From NCBI GenBank assembly GCA_951406725.2, contig OX597820.1, positions 103,044,001 through 103,108,000 on the forward strand: a stretch of DNA of 64,000 nt. The letters run 5' to 3'. The number at the start of each line of letters is the position of its first letter. Position 1 is the stretch's first letter. Made by a program: the position numbers and the translations under genes. Below, one piece after another: positions 37,903 to 49,100 of this stretch. The notes beneath the pieces are model-generated. The model had not been told where the DNA came from. It saw only the letters and a program-made list of their open reading frames with translations, and did not search any database. Source of the stretch: Octopus vulgaris (lineage: Eukaryota).

Positions 37903-37953
37903 TTTGTCAAAATATTTTCGTCGTTTTGAAACCGCGACCTGTTCACTGACAAA
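37903..37953 (-). ncRNA. Minimal type I hammerhead motif, G3-C8 variant
   Basis: Minus strand TTTGTCA-GTGAACA-g-GTCG-cggtttcaaaa-CGAC-GAAA-ATAT-T-T-TGACAAA: 7-bp stem I, 4-bp stem II and palindromic stem III. Confidence 0.65.
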
Positions 37954-38059
37954 ATTCTGTGCTGCATTCCGATATATATATATATATATATAGGGAGAGA
38001 AAGAGAGAGAGAGAGAGCGCAAGAGAGAGTGAAAGAGGGATAGAGAGGGTGAGATAGAC

Positions 38060-38146
<87 letters not shown>

Positions 38147-40165
38147 CAAACAACATACATACATATATGTGTTTATTTTGTTGATTGCATTGTTTTGATT
38201 GGGTATAAAGCGGAAGCTTATACGGAAAATTATAGGCGATTGAATCGACTCATCTACATGACTGATTCTGAATTCAACGGAGCTAGAAGACCAATGAAGA
38301 GTCAGAATTGGGAGAATACAAAACTATATGCGTTTTCAGAATTTAGTTCCGTTTCTTTACATCCTCGAGCCTTTTATCACTCTAGTGAAGATAAAACAAT
38401 AAACAGCTTCTAGCTTTTGTATTATGACAAGAAATCTTATGTCTATTTTAATGGTACTAAAACGATAAACTTTGAAGTCAATCCTTTTTTTTATGTGAAT
38501 GGAATATATAGAAGGTCATAAATATACATTGCATACGTTACAGGTAGACATTTCAGCATTTCAACCTACTTACTTTGCTTGCTGTCTGTATACAGTGCGG
38601 CCACGCGCGAGCGAGAATTACTTGATAATTAAATCCCTATGTGGTTGGGAGCAAACATAGATACTCTCTGGGCCCCTCAACCTTGACTCAACGGAGGTAG
38701 AAAAGACTGCATCAGCATCTGACCAGCATTCGTTTATAGTTGTTCAGACTGAGATTTGAAATGCCTTAAAGACATGATACGCTGCCCGGCTCAGGAATCG
38801 AACCTACTATTTAAGCTGAACACCTTAATCAGTTGGCCACGTGCCTTCACTGTGCTGTTTGTATAATAATGATTAAAATATTCTCTCGTTAGAAATTTCA
38901 TCTCCCATTTAGTTTCTGTTTATTTCAATTTGTCGTTAGAAATTATGATTACTTCCTAAGGCCTGGTAATGTTATATAAACTATTTAAAAATATAATGAA
39001 TATTCAAGTTTCAATTTATTTGGTTCTAAATCTTATTTACATATAATTATGACGTTCAATAACAATTTCACTAACAAATATTGCATTGGTGATGAAATGA
39101 AGAAATGCATTAGATAGAACTTGAGATTTTCGACAAAGCAAGAAACTAGACTTAAAGACAAAAGTTGCCGGAAAACTTATAAATATCTAATTGCATTCAT
39201 TTCTTTATTCTTCATAAGCGTACGGGCGAAATTAATTATTTCTCAACTTAAATGCCTTTCGGTGACAGCAGATGGTTGAATAACTGTCCAGAAAAGTAAT
39301 TAAAAGATCGATTAGACTACGGCAAATAATTATGTTATTGGAATAGATTAACAGTGCATCAGGATGAACGTAATTCTATTGAATTTGGAATTCATTCAAT
39401 ATGTTCATGACTAACGTTGGTATTTTTGAATGACAGTTATAGCTTATTTTTATGCTATATTATTTCCTCGAAAAATGTTAAAAATTTTATAAAAATTTTC
39501 TTGATTTTGCTAAAGTTGGATACATGAATCTATTGTCAATTAGTCGGTAGTTCAGCAATTACAAGTATCTTAGCAAAATGTTTAGTTGATTTTATTATAA
39601 TCATTACTTTAGTCTAAGTATAGACAAAATAAAGTATCTCATCTCTCATTCGATATAACAGCCTTTAGTAATCGAATGATTTTTATATCCTCCAATAAAA
39701 TGTCTATCATGTCTATCTTAGAAATCTTTGTAATCTTAAAATATATTTCTGCTTGTCACGACATGAATTCTAGAGCGATGCTTTTAACAGCTTTACTTAT
39801 GGAAGACAATCGCGGTCATAATCAAACTCATTAATATAATCTTAAAAAGTTGTATTTTTCTTTCAACAATGTCAGCCATCGCGGAAAATCGTAGACATAA
39901 TCAAAATCATTAAGATAATGAAACATGTCGTAATATTGCACTTGGAGCAACTTTAACTATGGGTCGAAATCTTGATTATAATAAAACATTTTAACATTAA
40001 AAAAATGGTCTTGCATTTTGCTTTCTGCTATGAAGGAAAATCAGTTATAATCAAATCTTTAACCCTTTACCTACCTGTGTATCACATGTGGTCACATGAC
40101 ATATTTCCCTAGTGTCCCTTTATCATATGTCATACACATCCCCAATTCATTACTATTATTATTGA

Positions 40166-40750
40166 AATTTATGTCGAACAGCTACTGTCGCGTGTAGGAC
40201 GGATCCGGCTATCAGCTGAATCCAAAGTGAAGATTGTCCCGCCGACCTCCTTTAACCGGGAGGGCAAGGCAATTTTCATTTGTCTTGTGGCTGAAGCGAA
40301 AGAGGTGGTTATGGTGGATCCGTTTGAAAGGGCTAAAGTCAGACACTTTCCTCTTTGGCCAATGCCTCATCAACTTTTTCAAGTTCCACTTGAAAAAGAA
40401 GGTGAGAGTAAAGAGGGAAGTGCTGTCTCGTAGCAAATTTGTTGAAAGGTGGGTGAATGTCGGTAAAATGGCCAATATGAACGGATCAATTCTGAGATTA
40501 CACCTGTAAAAAAAGGAATATAGAAGAAGGGGCTCTATCCCCGTTTGGCCAGGCTCCTGCGGCTTTTATGGGTTTTCTACAAGTAACCTTTCAAAGCGCC
40601 TCCTCCTATTGGGAGTTTTTACTTGTTATATTTTCGCTGTTACTTAATGTTTACACGGACCTTTCTTTTTGCAAAACCTTTTATTTTTATTGTCCTGTGT
40701 TTGTCTTTACATGTTTTTGATTTTGTATTAGTCCTTGTGATCAATAAACC
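40166..40750 (+). mobile_element. 5'-truncated Tx1-clade LINE (ORF2 C-terminus plus 3' UTR)
   Basis: Homologous to 44576-44900 (YVE.LLSRVG...LINFFKFHLKKKVRV). Ends TGTGATCAATAAA and is flanked by (ATT)n on both sides. Confidence 0.88.
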
Positions 40751-41186
40751 AGCATTATTTATTATTATTATTGAATAAGGCTCGTGGATTTCAAATAAGA
40801 AGGACGTGTGTTCTTGAGCTGTAAGTTTATGTTCGATTTTTACAGATAATATTGTTGTATCTGAAATCTTTTACATTTCTGTGGCCAGGCCGACTGGACT
40901 CTTGCTGAGCTGAGCGGTTAGGCGGGGCTTCACCATTTTTCAATTTTAAATTTGCAAAATATCCTTGGAGAAGAGTGTCGGCTCTTCCTTTCTTTTTTAC
41001 TTCTCCCCTCTGCTGTCGGAAAACAGCCAAAACAGTTTTAAAATTAATTGTCTCCGCCCTCTCTGCACTTTAAAAGGCAGAGAGAGGGACGACCAAAGTC
41101 TTGCAAGCACGTGCAACACTGAACAACAGAAGGAAAAGGAAAAGAAACGCGAGAAAGGAGAGGAAAAGAGCAAAGAAATTCAGCTA

Positions 41187-42800
41187 ATGGACGCTGTTAG
41201 CGTCGCAATACCTGTGAATCAAAGCCCTCCCACTACAACCACTAACACTAATACATTGAAAGCTCAACAACAACAACAACAACAACCTGATGCATAAAAT
41301 AGCAGAGGTTTGGCTTCAATGCTAAGGCCTAGAAATAAATTCATTAATGTTTCTGTAGAATCTCTCAAAGACTACGGAAACATGTTAAAAGAAAAAGCGA
41401 AAGATGTGTTTCGATTAACACACCTCCAGTTATTATAGACAATACAAACAAACGTACACTAGTGTACAACACTATATCTTTAAAAAATAGACTTTTAGAA
41501 ACTGCCACAAAGGAAGTAGTTGAAAAATGCTTGCAACCCATTGGGAAAGACGTAACATATCTGTCGAGGGGTAAGACATATGGCACAACTGAAGTCCGAT
41601 TTGCTACAGAGGACGTAGCAAAACAGAACTCAACAGCCCGGCTGAGAAGCAGTGGACTTGTCCTAATTACAGCATTCTTGGGACAGATCGCCGCCAAGAT
41701 GAAAAGTACTGGAGATAACACCTGAAATGAAGAAGAAATGAAGTCGAGAAACGAGGACAAACAACTGGGCAGGAGAAGAATTGCAAATAATGGTCCAAAT
41801 AAACCAAGACGTTTTGGAACAAATTACTGACCAACTCGGCCTTCCAGATTGCACTATGCTGAACGTCATAGTTGAGGGCAGAAGGCCAAGTTGTTATCAA
41901 TGCGGACAGAATAACCACCTGAAAGCCTTCTTCCCACAACTAAAACAGAAGGAGGGCATTACTCCCTTTATTCAAGCACCACCCACATCACAAGAACTGA
42001 AGCAACCCCAACAAAAAAAGCAACCTCAACAAGAGAAGAAACCTTACGAGAAAAGAAAACGGAAAGGGATCAAGCAAACACACCACCACCACCACTAATA
42101 ACAACAACAACAACAACAACTACATGAGAGACAACAACGCCAACAACAACAGAGGCACTGAATACACAATCACCACCACCACAACGCCAACAAACACCAT
42201 CAACGCAGCACTTGCCAAAGAAACAAAAGCATCAGCAAATTTCGACCCACTGGAACTACCCCTTCCTAACTCTGCCCACTCAGACATGTCGTGCGGAGAG
42301 GCCGACAGAATTGAGTGGAGAGAAGTCACACGTAAAAGACTAAGAAAACGGCACAACAGTACACCAACAAATAAACAAGCTGTACCCCCACCAAAAGAAT
42401 AGCATTCAAAATCACCCGAAAACATCAACACACCAATACTCGCGTTTCCAACACCTTCACCAACACCATCACTACCAACACCACTGACACAGCCAACAAT
42501 ACAAGGCACAACAGATTCAACACAAAAAGTAAACGAAAATAACAAAAACACCACAAAACAGACATCACAAACTTACTATTATACATAAATAAAACTATAG
42601 ACATCAAAATGTCTGACTTTGTTTTCCCCACGCCACCACACATGCAGATACTTCGAACATCGCAACATACATACATCAACATACAAACCAAATTTCCACA
42701 GGCGGTTGGAGGCTTCAATACGAAGGTGTCCTGGAGCCTCTATAAATCCTTGGTCATGGAGACCATCACAGCCCACTTAAGGAGCATGCTAACGGTAAGT
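41187..42800 (+). pseudogene. Tx1 ORF1 (RRM-like region, CCHC knuckle, Thr/Asn/Gln-rich region)
   Basis: KRTLVYNTIS...YLSRGKTYGTTEVRF and VIVEGRRPSCYQCGQNNHLKAF, with stops and frameshifts. Confidence 0.8.
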
Positions 42801-42849
42801 AATCCTCTCCTTTTTCTCCTTACCAACCACTCAAACAGCCATACTCAAA

Positions 42850-44910
42850 ATAAGTTGCATAAATGTACGTGGCCTGGGGACCCCTTGGAAACAAGGTCAC
42901 TACTCAACGACCTCAGGTCACAAGGAATAGATATAATAACCATTACTGAATCAAGACTAAGCGAATCGCGAGCTTTCATGCCGATTTTCAATGACTACGA
43001 GATCTATGCAACTCCGTGTCGGCAGGGAATGGGTGGTGAGGGTACTGCCGTATTGTTTCGAAAAGGTCTGGATCTCAAAATAAGGTCAGTCTTCTTAGAC
43101 CCAGAAGGTAAGTTGGTGGTCTTGGACGTGAATGGTAGTAACAGTGGGGCTTTCAGACTGGTGGCTGTTTATGCACCAACAGCTGCAGGACAGCTGGAAT
43201 ACGTCAGGCGTATGGAGGTCTTCCTGGGTACGTCCCTACCTTTAGTGTTAGTGGGTGATTTCACCGCCATCTTAGATACACAGTTGGATTTGCAAAAGCC
43301 ACGCAAACCTGCTCAGACACTTTCAACTGTCTGAGAGGTACCGACTGGATTTCCCGATTGTATCAATGTGGACATGGGCAAACCGCATCGAATTATCTAG
43401 ATCGTATCTAGATCGATTATTTTGCAGGCCTTTAGATAGGGATAGCAGTAGTTGTCCGCAATTTCAACTAGTCGGCTACACAGATCACAAATCGTTGACC
43501 TGTAAGGTTGACTTAGCATACATAGACAGGGCCCCGGCGACAAGAAGCTGAACACGTTACTCTCGGCGTATCAAGCTTACAGAGACCGGATTAAAGAGTT
43601 AGTTCAGAAAGCTTTGACGGTGGCAATCGTCAACAATAAATGGTGGTATAACCTAAAATGGGTCATCAAAGTAGAATCAGTTAGATTTAGCAACGTTTTA
43701 GCTTTAGAAAGAAATAGATTTGAGAACTATTTGGTGAGAAAGCTAGAAGAGGCGCTTAGGAAAGGCATTGTAACTGACGTAACTGACGTATGCAGACGAC
43801 GTTACCGTCATAATGTCAGACGAAAAGCACATAGATCTGGTCAGCTCTACTGTGAAAGAATACGAAGATTAATCCGGAAAAATCGGTGAGCCTGCAGCTC
43901 GGCACCTGGAGAGGCAGATCCATGTCAACCGACAGCGTTGTAAGATGTTGGACGATCGGGCCCGTAAAATTGCTCGGGACCTGGTTCGGACCAGACCTCC
44001 AGCTGGAGAACTGGTGCTCCATGTGCTGTCAACAGCCTATGAACGGTGGGCTGGATATAGCGTGGCTATTGATGTGCAGACATGCGCTGAGGCTGCGGCA
44101 CATCCAGCGTTTCCTCAACGATGGTGAACAGATGTGGTCGCCGTTTGTCAGACTCGCTTTCTTTTAAGTGAGCTGCAATCATAGATCAAGCGTAGACTGT
44201 GGCATGGCGTCTGGCAACTTGAGTATCGCCAGGTGCTCACGCTCCTCAACCAGTCGGGCAATGCAGTTAGTGAAAGTTCTACTATGGCGTTGTATAGAGG
44301 GTTAGTGGTGAAAGGAAACGACGACGTTCTTGGGGAGACTCTAGGCGTCGAGCAATTTCAACTCGCCAGTCTGTTTCGGAGGACTTTCGGTACGGGGCCT
44401 ATGGATAATTTCCAGAAATCCCTGGCTTGGCAGTGCTACAGGAGAACTTCGCCTGTTCGAAATAAACTCTACAGGCACAGAAGTGTCGTCAGTCGGACCT
44501 GCCCAAAATGTGCGCAGAGCGACGAAACCGTTTTGCACGCACTCGTCCAGTGTCCGAGCATATCTGATATACAGGTTTATGTCGAACACCTGCTGTCACG
44601 TGTAGGATGTGTCGGCTTGTGGGCTGATTCCATCATGAAGATTGCCCCGCCGGCTTTCTTTGGCCGGCAAGGGAAAGCAATTTTCATGTCTCGTAGCTGT
44701 AGCGAAAGAGGTTGTCTGGTGGTCTAGACTGGAAGGGCTGAAGACAAATACTTTTCTCTTTGGCCTACCCCTCATCAACTTTTTCAGATACCATCTGAAA
44801 AGGAAAGTGAGGGTTCAGAGAGAAGTGCTGACTTCCAGCAATTTTGTTAAAAGGTGAGTGAATGTGGAGAAGATGGTCCATGTTAATGGGTCTACTTTGA
44901 GCTTGCGCTT
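42850..44910 (+). pseudogene. Tx1 ORF2 (APE endonuclease, partial RT, C-terminal zinc finger)
   Basis: DIITITESRL, FRLVAVYAP, LVLVGDF, SYLDR and TDH (APE motifs); YADDVT at ~43789; KLLGTWFG; CPKCAQSDETVLHALVQCP. Confidence 0.92.
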
Positions 44911-44924
44911 TTGAGTTTCCAAAG

Positions 44925-44962
<38 letters not shown>

Positions 44963-45189
44963 GATGGGGAGAGGGCTGTTGCCTTAGTAGTCGTGACGCT
45001 TGTTGATTTTTCGTAGCCCAGTGCTGCTTGCCTCCTTTAGGCATTTTCTTTGTTATATTTTTCATTGTCATTGACTTTTTACATGACATTTTATGTAACC
45101 CCACTTTGTCCTTCATGTTTTGTAATATCCAATCTTATTTTCGTCGGCCTTTGTGGCTAATAAAGAAAGGATTATTATTATTATTATTA

Positions 45190-45500
45190 TCATTTTGGTC
45201 TGGTTCAGGTCCGGTCTTATTCCTGGTGGGATCTATCTGGATAGCGGGTTAATCTCTGTAATCTCAGGTATCCACAAGTTTTCAGCGGTTTTCCAAGTGC
45301 TTAGAACCCTCATGTTAATCCTTGCTGTCCCTATGAGACAAACTTTCTGTAGCAGCTCTACCAGACATTTTATTTCAATCTCCTTCAGCCATTTGTCTAT
45401 ATCTTGGCTTACTGTTCCCAACGCACCAATTATTATAGACACAACCTTTACTGTTCGCATGCTCCAAATTCTTCCTATTTCAAATTTTAAGGGATGGCAT
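45190..45500 (-). mobile_element. R4/Dong-like LINE 3' fragment (end of REL domain plus 3' UTR)
   Basis: LKFEIGRIWSMRTVKVVSIIIGALGTV...LLQKVCLIGTARI..RVL. The 3' end runs into (TAA)n. Confidence 0.85.
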
Positions 45501-45558
45501 TTTTTTTTTTTGTTTTCCTTCCTATTATTAGTAGTAGTAGTATTATCATTATTATTAA

Positions 45559-45776
45559 AGCGGCGAGCTGGCGTAATCGCTAGCACACCGGACAAAATAC
45601 TTGGCACCATTTCGTCCGTCTTTACGTTCTAACTTCAAATTCCACCGAGGTCGACTTTGTCTTACATCCTTTTAGGGTCGATAAAATAAGTACCAGTCGA
45701 GAACTGGAGTCAATGTAATTGACTTAGCCCCACATCACACCCCCAAATTTCAGGTCTTGTGCCTCTAGTAGAAAGG

Positions 45777-45779
<3 letters not shown>
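45559..45779 (+). mobile_element. Family M SINE, full length, followed by an (ATT)n tail
   Basis: GCGGCGAGCTGGCGTAATCGCTAGC...TTCAAATTCC...GTCGACTTTGTCTTACATCCTTTTAGGGTCGATAAAATAAGTACC. Confidence 0.9.
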
Positions 45780-45856
<77 letters not shown>

Positions 45857-45880
45857 CATTATTATTATTATTATTATTGT
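45777..45880. repeat. (ATT)n microsatellite
   Basis: Directly visible. Confidence 0.98.
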
Positions 45881-45888
45881 TAGTATTA

Positions 45889-46145
45889 GGAGTCATGGCT
45901 TAGTGGTTACGGTGTTACACTCACAATTGTTAAATCGTGATTTCAGTTTCTAGACCGGGTAGTGCATTGTGTGCTTGAGTAAAACAATTCATTTCACGTT
46001 GCTCTGCGATCACTTCGACACCTGCCGCGCTGTACACCTTACACCTGTTCAAACAATGTCGGTTTGATGGAGGTAGTGAGCTAATATACAGTACATACAT
46101 TTGATCACTATAAACAAATCATATGTGCAAGTCGTTCGACAAAAA
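45889..46145 (+). mobile_element. tRNA-derived SINE, degraded
   Basis: A-box TGGCTTAGTGGTTA; TTGAGTAAAACAATTCATTTCACGTTGCTCT core shared with 7248-7555. Confidence 0.65.
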
Positions 46146-49100
46146 TCTGAGCGCTCATACGTCGTCTTCGACGAAACAGTTCATTATCATTATCATCCTT
46201 ATTATTATCTCTACGCTGTGAATCATTTGTATAGGAGATGATATTTTGGTGTTCCTCTTGATCCACTTCCTTTTCTTCAGAAATCACTACCCACATAAAT
46301 GTGTGTGTGTGTTTCTGTGTATAATACTATGCTCTCAACATCGTTTATGGGTATTTTTAGTTTCTCCAAGTCTTTTGATATTGTTTAAATAATTTTCATG
46401 TAAGCCTTCTTTAACGCTGTTTTGCGTACTTTACAATTCTTCTGACAGCAATCAAGAGAGTTTTATTGAAATTCTGATTCATTCGATTCAGATGGCTGTG
46501 TTATTGAAATCGCTGCACTGATGGGAAGGCATCTTATCTGAAGACTTTCATCACACCTGTGATGTTCAGGATTCAATAAAGCCGGTTCAGATTATAAATG
46601 TATGCGAATTTTAGCACGTAATTAAATGTCCTATTGTTGCTAAATACACAGGGGGCCAGAAGTCAAGAATGCGAAGCCAATTTGATATATAATGTATTCT
46701 TGCAGCCATTTGGTTGTCTTCTACATAGGTTTTAAATTTTAAACCCAGGACCTTAATCCAACAGTACTCCATCTAATGTAACATCGATCAAAGTATCATT
46801 CATAACAAGAAATAGTTTATTCCTATCAACACTGGTTTTAAGATCAAATTTTAAAGTTATATTCTGTATATTAGAAGCTGCCTCTCTACTGTTGTAAGCA
46901 AGTACGAGTTTAATGGTTTATCAACTCCCATCAAATTGGAAAGTCCGTTCGGAATTGAACATTGTTTGTATTATCAAATTAACAACGTCATTAAATAACA
47001 GCAATGAGATTACACAACCCTCTCTGAATTGAAAAACAAGCCGGAACTTTAATCTTTCCTTTTTACTGAACTCGTCAAATGACTCATTTACTCCAGTAAG
47101 AGGGTGAATCTGCTTGGTACACTTTCAGTTTCAAAAATGTACATTATGAAATGCGGTTTTAAAAGTATGCGAAAACGATAATTATAGTTGTTTTTTTTAA
47201 AACTTTGAATAGAAAACAATGTGCAATAATGATTATAGTTTAAAAAGCAATAAATCTCCATCGGCTTTTTTTGTTTTAATCTAACAGCCATTTTTATTTC
47301 CTGTGTGGAAAGTGATTCACTAGAAACAGTGTGAAATGGGATATTCAATGGTTCTGCAAATGTGGTATCTCAATTAGAAAAACATGATTATATAGAGATT
47401 GAAAATATTCTTTCCATCTCTTCAAACTTTCTGTTGTTCATGTGATAAGGTTACTACACGTTTCAGAATGTAATCTTCAGCTTGATAGGTTTCTCTGCTA
47501 AAACGACGTAGAATCCTCCCAGAACATGTTCCGGTGTTCATTTCAGTGTTAGCAATTTTCCAAATCTCGGGTAAATGAATCCCAGTGAGCTTTTCTGACA
47601 GAATTTAGATTACGTTTTATTTCTCTATTATTAAGCTTTTGAATTGTGCTCAGTCAGTAAAGTGCAATGCTTTCGTTCCACGATGACTTAGATAATCTGA
47701 TAGAATATTCAATCTTTATTTTCCTTTTTTTCTCTCTTTTTTCATTTCCGTTTTGGAAAGTAGAAATATTTTGCAGTTTCAGTCACAATCAAAGAAAATC
47801 TTTTTAAGTCTATCTCAAAATCATATATTTCTTCCAGCAAAGAAAAGCGATGATAATTTGGTATTCTTGTTTATGTTCATTATCTTGGACCAGTAAAAAT
47901 GATTTGAATAATTTTTCTCGTGGTATTTCTTTAAGAGGAATTGAACAAAGCATAATAGAGTCTAGTCGCTTCTACAGCCCACTCCTATGATTACACTGTT
48001 AGCGCTTCGACAGACAATACTAATAAAAATGTAATCAAACATTCATTTATCTTTGTCATTTGGGATACACCGTTAAGTTGGTGTTTCCTGGAGTAATGAA
48101 AGAAGAAATTAGTCGACAATTTGTAGTTGCAAAAGTTAGTAGACGATAATCATTGTCATTCATATCTTCAACACCGTTGTTATCTCAAAGCGAATTTCAG
48201 AACAAATATTTGTGGCCTGGTATGCGTATCACAGTCTACGACCAGAATGAAGTAATCATTAGGAGACACAGTGTCGGCAATAGTCTGTAAAATTTGTCCT
48301 GTAAGAGGGCGATATTTATTCGACGATAAGTATGCAAGTGCAACACCTGTGTTATATTAGTCCTCTCTACTATACAACAGTTCAAGTCAGTTGTCGCAAC
48401 CAGAACCAATAATTGATTGTCCAGTTAAAACTGTAGTCTAGATGCATTCCCTTTGAATTTCCAGTTCTTGTATTTAACAATGCCTTTTTTGTGCAATTTG
48501 AGTCAAGATGAAAAAGAATGGCGCAATGAAGACAGAACTGAAAGCGCATTGTGACCAGCAATGTATAACTTCATCTGAGGGTCTGGCCGATATTGTGATA
48601 TTTATATACATATGTGAGTGGGTGGGTGTATGGGCTATATTATATATAATTCTGCTTATCACAACATGTATTCTAGGGCTATGCGTTTTATAGCCTTACT
48701 TATGGAATAAGATCGCAGTCATAATCAAACTCAGCAAACAATAACTCTTTACTCGAATGGGCTACAATGCCCAAAGAATGAATGTAATATGAGGAATCAT
48801 TCAATGTCGTTTACCGGTGGTGCTAATAAGTCAGTCATGACCTGGGCCAATTCTGACCAAAACTTATCTAAGTATTAAGGCTTCAGATAATATTTATTCA
48901 GACAGGAGTTCGGTTGGTATGTAACAGATTCAAATTTAGAGTAAGACCAGAAACCTAGGAGGAATTTGATCGATATTGACTCCGAATGAAGGAGAGGAAA
49001 TATTGAACTCGGCGAGATTTGAACTCAGAACTGAAGAGCTGGAACAAAAACTGCAAAGGTTTGTCTTTCCTTTGGGGGGGGGCGGTTAAATCAACAAAAT

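Larger units (their letters stand above)
40773..45168 (+). mobile_element. Tx1/L1-clade LINE with both ends, decayed and with most of the RT deleted
   Basis: 5' GGACGTGT motif, ORF1 with zinc knuckle, APE endonuclease, YADDVT remnant, zf-RVT/CCHC, and a 3' AATAAA followed by (ATT)n. Confidence 0.92.

Noticed and set aside
40059-45252. TTAACCC...GGGTTAA as piggyBac ends enclosing the Tx1 pair
   Set aside because: Only 7 bp match, and the right-hand motif lies inside the Dong-like 3' UTR.
46330-48500. Possible ancient DNA-transposon coding relic
   Set aside because: I could not recover any diagnostic motif or TIR pair by eye.
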